Part shown: positions 58,464-64,000 of the stretch, one piece after another
How the letters are laid out: each line of letters begins with the position of its first letter
Position numbering within the stretch: position 1 is the stretch's first letter
NCBI GenBank assembly: GCA_958407445.1
Contig: CATYIU010000006.1
Span: 412 to 64,411 of the forward strand
DNA length: 64,000 nucleotides
Direction: 5' to 3'
From: an uncultured Collinsella sp.
GTDB taxonomy: Bacteria; Actinomycetota; Coriobacteriia; Coriobacteriales; Coriobacteriaceae
The notes under the pieces: model-generated
Databases searched by the model: none
Told to the model about the DNA's origin: nothing
The model's input: the letters and a program-made list of their open reading frames with translations, nothing else
Made by a program: the position numbers and the translations under genes

Positions 58464-61400
58464 ATGTCATCGCTTAAGACGACGCATCGCTGGGCGGTCG
58501 CTCAGCAAAACCCCGAGCTCGAAAAGGAGCTTTCGGCTGGTCTGGGCATTCCCGGGCTGGTGGCGCGCATTATGGTCGCGCACGGCATTGACTCCATCAA
58601 AGAGGGCCAATTGTTTTTGACACCTTCGCTCGATCGCGACTGGGCCGACCCACTCATTATCCCGGGCATGTCGGTCGTTGCCGACCGCGTCGAGCGTGCT
58701 ATTCGCAACCACGAGCACATTGCAGTCTTTGGCGATTTTGACGTTGACGGTATTACGTCGACCTGCCTGTTGACCGAGGCGCTGCGCACGTTTGGCGCCG
58801 ATGTCACGCCGTTTATTCCGCATCGCTTTGATGAGGGCTACGGTCTTTCGCGCGCGGCACTCGATCGCGTTAACGAGCTCGCTCGCCCCCAGCTGATCGT
58901 GACCGTCGATAACGGCATTGCCGCCAAGGAAGAGGTTTCCTATTTGGAGGACCTGGGGATCGATTTGGTGGTCACGGACCATCACGAGCCCTCCGACCAG
59001 GTGCCGCAGGGTGTGCCCCTGACCGACCCCAAGCTCGAGGACGAGGGCCCCTCGCGCGAGCTTGCCGGTGCTGGTGTGGCGCTCAAGCTGGTGCAAGTCC
59101 TGGGTGAGCGCCTGGGCAAGCCGTCGTATTGGCGTTCGCTAATCGAGGTCGCGGCGCTGGGCACCGTGTCCGACATGATGCCGCTCACGCCCGAGAACCG
59201 CGCGCTGGTTGCCGAGGGCATCCAGCAGATGCGCGTAACCGCTCGCCCCGGCTATATCGCGCTTGCCGCGCTTGCCAAGGCGGACCTTTCGAGCATTACG
59301 GCGGATGGCCTGTCATTCTCGCTCATTCCCCGCTTAAACGCTGCCGGCCGCATGGCCGATCCCAAGCTGGCGCTCGACCTGCTGCTTGCCCGCAATCCCA
59401 TCGAAGCAAGCGCGCTGGCGGCTGAGCTCGAGGAAATCAACCGCCAGCGCCGTGAGATCGAGGCGGAGCTCACGCGCGATGCCATGGCAAAGGTCGAGGA
59501 GACCTATGACGGCGGGCGCGCGATCGTTGTGGGCGGCGAAGGCTGGCACGAGGGCGTCAAGGGTATCGTGGCAAGCCGTCTGACCAACCGCTATCACGTG
59601 CCGGCGCTGCTGTTCTCGATCGAGGACGGTATCGCGCGCGGCTCTGGTCGCTCGGTGGGCAAAGTTAACCTGTTTGACGCCGTCGAGCGCTGTTCCGACC
59701 TGCTGATTCGTCGCGGCGGACATGCCGGTGCGGTGGGTGTGACCATCGAGGCATCCAAGCTCGATGAATTCCGTCGTCGCCTTTCCGCCGTGCTATCGGA
59801 GATTCCCGCTGAGGACTTTGAAGACATCGACGAGGTTGCCGCCACGGTCGACCTTTCCGAGCTGAATATCGAGACTATAGAGCAGATTTCCCGTCTTGAG
59901 CCGTTTGGCCAGGGCAACAAGGTGCCGCTGCTGGCCGCCGAGGGCGTGACGATGTGCGATCGCGCCGTGGTGGGCAAAACCGGCGAGCACATGCGCTTTG
60001 TGGCGACCGATGGCGCCGCGAGCGTGCCGGCCATCATGTTCCGCGTGCCGCAAATCGATAAGCTCATCAACTGCGATAGCGCTGTCGACTTGGTGTTCGA
60101 GGCCGTTGCCGAGCATTGGCAGGGGCGTGTGAAGCCCAAGCTCATGATCAAGGATGTTCTGGTCCGCGATACCACGCTGCCCGGCGTCGACGATCCGGCA
60201 TGCGAGCTTCGTCGTGGCGTGCAGCCGGCGGATTCTGGCCTGCGCCTGGAGTCGCGCAAGCGCGAGACGCTCGCCCAGCTTTCCTATACCGAGCTCACGC
60301 GCTCGCTTATCCATAGCTTTATCGGCTCGAACCAGCCGCACCGCGCGCAGGTCGAGGCGCTCGATGCCCTGGCCGATCACCAAAGTGTTCTGGCCGTTAT
60401 GGGAACGGGGCGCGGCAAGTCGCTCATCTTCCATGTGCATGCCGCGCGTGAGGCGGTGCTTCGCGGACGTGCGAGCATCTTTGTCTATCCGCTGCGCGCG
60501 CTTGTTGCCGACCAGGCCTATCACCTCTCGTCGACGATGGCCGCGCTCGGCATTGGCGTGGGCGTGCTGACCGGCGAGACCGTGGAGGCGGCGCGCGATG
60601 ACGTGTTTGCCGGCTTGGCTTCGGGCCGCACTGGCATCGTGCTCACGACGCCCGAGTTCCTGTCCATTCACCGCGACCGCTTTGCGCGTTCGGGGCGCAT
60701 CGGTTTTGTCGTTATCGATGAGGCGCATCATGCCGGTCTTGCCAAGGGCGGCGACCGCAGCGCCTATCTCGACATGCCCGATATCCTCAAGGCCCTGGGC
60801 GACCCGGTCGTTCTGGCCGCGACTGCCACCGCAACGGCTCCGGTTGTGGCCGAGCTCGCCCGTGTTCTACCGATTACCCGTACGGTGGTCGACGAGACGG
60901 TGCGCGAGAACTTGCAGCTCGAGGATGACCGAGATCTTGCGAGCCGCGAGAACCGCCTGGTGTCAATCGTGGCTACGGGGGAGAAGACCGTCATCTACGT
61001 CAACTCGCGTGATCAGTCCGTGGCGCTTGCCAAGACGCTGCGCAAGCGGGTGCCCGATTGCGCGACCCGCATCGCGTTCTATAACGCGGGGCTTGCGCGC
61101 TCCGATCGTCGCCGTGTTGAGGAAGCGTTTCGTGACGGAAGCCTCAGCTGCATCGTTTCGACCTCTGCCTTTGGTGAGGGCGTCAACCTGCCCGATATTC
61201 GCCATGTCGTGCTCTACCACATGCCGTTTGGCAGCATTGAATTTAACCAGATGAGCGGACGCGCCGGTCGCGACGGCCAACCTGCCGTGATTCACTTGCT
61301 CTATTCGTCGCGTGACGCTCGCATTAACGAGCGCCTGCTCGACTGCTACGCGCCCGAGCGCGATGAACTCGTCACGCTCTATCGAGCGCTGCAGACTATG

Positions 61401-61751
61401 TGGCGCTCCAACCGCGGCAAGACCGGAGACGACTCGTTTAGCGCGAGCGATATCGACATCGCGCAGATGTGCCTTGCCATCGATGCCCGCACGCCGGTCG
61501 ACGAGCGCTCGGTGGAAAGCGGCCTGGGAATCTTCGAAGAGCTTGGTTTCTGTCGCGTTTCGGGGTTTGACGACACCCGTCGCATCGCGATGGCCGAAAA
61601 CCCCGGCCGTGTGCAATTGAGCAGGTCAATTCGCTATTTGGAGGGCTTGCGCTCGCGCATGGAGTTCTCGGCTTTCCGGAGCTGGGCACTCGATTCGTGC
61701 GCTTCTGATATGCTAGCCAAAGTTAACCGCCCGATCGTACCGCGGGCCTAG
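58464..61751 (+). CDS. recJ: ssDNA exonuclease RecJ fused to a C-terminal RecQ-like SF2 helicase
   Basis: GDFDVDG, TVDNG, TDHH, GSGRS, GGHAGA (RecJ); then GTGRGKS, DEAH, TAT, TSAFGEGVN, QMSGRAGRDG. Confidence 0.9.
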   Translation: MSSLKTTHRWAVAQQNPELEKELSAGLGIPGLVARIMVAHGIDSIKEGQLFLTPSLDRDWADPLIIPGMSVVADRVERAIRNHEHIAVFGDFDVDGITSTCLLTEALRTFGADVTPFIPHRFDEGYGLSRAALDRVNELARPQLIVTVDNGIAAKEEVSYLEDLGIDLVVTDHHEPSDQVPQGVPLTDPKLEDEGPSRELAGAGVALKLVQVLGERLGKPSYWRSLIEVAALGTVSDMMPLTPENRALVAEGIQQMRVTARPGYIALAALAKADLSSITADGLSFSLIPRLNAAGRMADPKLALDLLLARNPIEASALAAELEEINRQRREIEAELTRDAMAKVEETYDGGRAIVVGGEGWHEGVKGIVASRLTNRYHVPALLFSIEDGIARGSGRSVGKVNLFDAVERCSDLLIRRGGHAGAVGVTIEASKLDEFRRRLSAVLSEIPAEDFEDIDEVAATVDLSELNIETIEQISRLEPFGQGNKVPLLAAEGVTMCDRAVVGKTGEHMRFVATDGAASVPAIMFRVPQIDKLINCDSAVDLVFEAVAEHWQGRVKPKLMIKDVLVRDTTLPGVDDPACELRRGVQPADSGLRLESRKRETLAQLSYTELTRSLIHSFIGSNQPHRAQVEALDALADHQSVLAVMGTGRGKSLIFHVHAAREAVLRGRASIFVYPLRALVADQAYHLSSTMAALGIGVGVLTGETVEAARDDVFAGLASGRTGIVLTTPEFLSIHRDRFARSGRIGFVVIDEAHHAGLAKGGDRSAYLDMPDILKALGDPVVLAATATATAPVVAELARVLPITRTVVDETVRENLQLEDDRDLASRENRLVSIVATGEKTVIYVNSRDQSVALAKTLRKRVPDCATRIAFYNAGLARSDRRRVEEAFRDGSLSCIVSTSAFGEGVNLPDIRHVVLYHMPFGSIEFNQMSGRAGRDGQPAVIHLLYSSRDARINERLLDCYAPERDELVTLYRALQTMWRSNRGKTGDDSFSASDIDIAQMCLAIDARTPVDERSVESGLGIFEELGFCRVSGFDDTRRIAMAENPGRVQLSRSIRYLEGLRSRMEFSAFRSWALDSCASDMLAKVNRPIVPRA

Positions 61752-61766
61752 GGGAAGGGGACCTCG

Positions 61767-64000
61767 ATGGATGCCGCAGCCCGTACCGCCCATGATTCCA
61801 CCCTCCAGCCGTTTTCGGAGATGGAGCACTATAAGCATGCCGATGAGCTGCCGCCCGAGATTATGGCGGACAGCTACGACAAGCTGGAGCGCCTGTGCCT
61901 CAAATATATGAATGAGGAGGACTTCTCTAAGGTGGAGCAGGCCTATTGCTTTGCCGCCGAGAAGCACTGCAACCAAAAGCGCCGCTCGGGCGAGATGTAC
62001 ATTAACCATCCCGTCGAGGTGGCCATCATTTTGGCCGATCTCAAGATGGACTGCGATGTGGTGTGCGCCGCGCTGCTGCACGATACCGTCGAGGATACCG
62101 AGACCTCGCTTGCCGATGTGTCCGGCCTGTTTGGCGATACGGTAGCCGAGCTCGTCGATGGCGTGACCAAGCTCACCAACATCGAAGTCGACAGCATGGA
62201 CGAGAAGCAGGCCCTCACGCTGCGCAAGATGTTCCTCGCCATGTCCAAGGACATCCGCGTCATTATCGTTAAGCTTGCCGACCGCCTGCATAACATGCGT
62301 ACGCTGGCGGCCCTTCGCGAGGACCGTCGCCTGTTTAAGGCTCGCGAGACCATGGACGTGTATGCGCCCCTGGCCGACCGTCTGGGCATGAGCTCTATTA
62401 AGTGGGAGCTCGAGGACCTGTCCTTCTTCTACCTGGAGCCCGATGCCTACCAGCGCATTGCGCGCATGGTGGCTGAGTCGCGCGAGGTTCGCGAGCGCTA
62501 TCTGGCCGAGACTATCAAGACGCTCACCGACGAGCTCAACCGCATTGGCCTGGAGGGCTTCCAGATCAATGGCCGTTCCAAGCACTATTGGTCCATCTAC
62601 CAAAAGATGAAGCGCAAGGGCAAGGAATTCTCCGAGATCTACGACCTGGTGGCACTGCGTGTCATCACGCATTCGGTGCGCGATTGCTACTCCACGCTCG
62701 GCGCGGTGCATACGCTGTGGCACCCCATGCCCGGTCGCTTCAAAGACTATATCGCCATGCCCAAGGTCAACAACTACCAGTCGCTCCATACGACGGTTAT
62801 CGGCCCCACGGCCCGCCCGCTCGAGATTCAGATTCGAACCTATGAGATGCATGAACAGGCCGAGTACGGCATTGCCGCCCACTGGCTGTACAAGAAGTCG
62901 GGCGGATCGTCTGCCTCTAAGACCAACGATGCGCAGCGTCTGGATGATCAGATTAACTGGCTCAAGCACTCACTCGACTGGGCGGCGTCTGACGAGATCA
63001 CCGATGCCAAGGAATACCTGCACTCACTGAAGGTCGACTTGTTCGACCAGGAAATTTTTGTCTTTACGCCCAAGGGCGAGGTCATGGCGCTTCGTGCCGG
63101 CTCTACACCGCTCGACTTTGCCTACGCCGTTCACACCGAGGTGGGCAACCACTGCGTCGGCGCTAAGATCAACGGTGCGGTGGCCCCGCTCACGCACGAG
63201 ATCAAGACGGGCGACCGCGTTGAAATCCTGACCAATAAGAGTTCCAAGCCGTCGCGTGATTGGCTCAAGATCGTTAAGACACCTTCCGCCAAGTCAAAGA
63301 TCCGCCGCTATTTTGCCGCCGCGACCAAGGACGACGATGCTGCCGCCGGCCGCGATATACTGGCCAAGGACCTGCGCAAGCGCGGGTATGGCATCTCTAC
63401 GCCACGATCCACGCGTGCGCTCAACGCCGTGGCGGAGCAGTTTAACTACAAGCAGCTCGAGGACCTATTCGCAGCCGTTGGTGCGGGCAAAGTCGCCCCA
63501 CGTGCCGTGGGTAACAAGGTCGAGCAAATCTTGGATCCCAAGCCCGAGGAGCAGCTCACCAAGACCGAAGCCATTGCCGAGGTCGTCAAGCAGCCTGCCC
63601 GCGGATCCAACCGCAAGCCGCAAAAGCGCGGCAAGAGCGCCAGCAACGGCATTATCGTCAAGGGCGAGAGCAACAGCGGTCTGCTGGTCCGTCTGGCGCA
63701 TTGCTGCAATCCGGTGACGGGCGACGATATCGTCGGCTTCATTACGCGCGGCCGAGGTGTTTCGGTGCATCGTGCCAACTGCCCCAACGTCAAAGGCCTC
63801 ATGGAGCACCCCGAGCGCATGATTGACGTGGAGTGGGACGGCGCCGCCGACACCCTCTTCCAGGTCGAGATCGTGGTCGAGTGCCTGGACCGCATGGGCC
63901 TGCTCAAGGACGTCACTATCGCCATTGGCGATGCAGGCGGCAATATCCTTTCTGCCGCCACGTCGACCAACCGCGAGGGTATTGCAACTCTGCGCTTTAT
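61767..64000 (+). CDS. relA: Bifunctional (p)ppGpp synthetase/hydrolase Rel (runs off the window end)
   Basis: Manual translation from ATG 61767: QKRRSGEMYINHP, ALLHDTVED, KLADRLHNMRT, YQSLHTT, EIQIRT, TGS (DFAYAVHTEVG), CCNP. Confidence 0.95.
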   Translation, partial: MDAAARTAHDSTLQPFSEMEHYKHADELPPEIMADSYDKLERLCLKYMNEEDFSKVEQAYCFAAEKHCNQKRRSGEMYINHPVEVAIILADLKMDCDVVCAALLHDTVEDTETSLADVSGLFGDTVAELVDGVTKLTNIEVDSMDEKQALTLRKMFLAMSKDIRVIIVKLADRLHNMRTLAALREDRRLFKARETMDVYAPLADRLGMSSIKWELEDLSFFYLEPDAYQRIARMVAESREVRERYLAETIKTLTDELNRIGLEGFQINGRSKHYWSIYQKMKRKGKEFSEIYDLVALRVITHSVRDCYSTLGAVHTLWHPMPGRFKDYIAMPKVNNYQSLHTTVIGPTARPLEIQIRTYEMHEQAEYGIAAHWLYKKSGGSSASKTNDAQRLDDQINWLKHSLDWAASDEITDAKEYLHSLKVDLFDQEIFVFTPKGEVMALRAGSTPLDFAYAVHTEVGNHCVGAKINGAVAPLTHEIKTGDRVEILTNKSSKPSRDWLKIVKTPSAKSKIRRYFAAATKDDDAAAGRDILAKDLRKRGYGISTPRSTRALNAVAEQFNYKQLEDLFAAVGAGKVAPRAVGNKVEQILDPKPEEQLTKTEAIAEVVKQPARGSNRKPQKRGKSASNGIIVKGESNSGLLVRLAHCCNPVTGDDIVGFITRGRGVSVHRANCPNVKGLMEHPERMIDVEWDGAADTLFQVEIVVECLDRMGLLKDVTIAIGDAGGNILSAATSTNREGIATLRF

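Overview
This is a 64 kb, high-GC chromosomal segment. Gene content and style suggest a Coriobacteriia gut anaerobe, probably Collinsella-like (inference). Housekeeping and metabolic loci: pdxST with divergent pdxR, reverse rubrerythrin, Fe-ADH/ALDH, trmB, Elp3-like radical SAM/KAT, FAD oxidase-etfB-etfA(ferredoxin), azlCD, kdgT, a GGDEF protein, purL, a 3alpha-HSDH-like SDR, hom, livK-HMGF, cutC, a recJ-helicase fusion and rel. Accessory content: an intact IS3-family element inserted in a terminator loop, a Shango-like TerB/ATPase/Lhr-helicase operon with an SOS-box-like site in its promoter, and a five-gene secreted/surface-protein operon. The most unusual signal is a family of 119-bp elements with 16-bp terminal inverted repeats and a central TACCTGCG at a fixed offset. 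Two copies flank an AbiEi-like/DUF559(Vsr)-type nuclease gene and a third, solo copy lies about 11 kb away. This suggests a REPtron-like nuclease-plus-repeat system built on a non-HUH enzyme. Several other palindromic intergenic repeat types, many carrying GGGAC, are also present. No rRNA, tRNA or CRISPR array was recognised. All homology calls come from motif reading and recall, not database searches.
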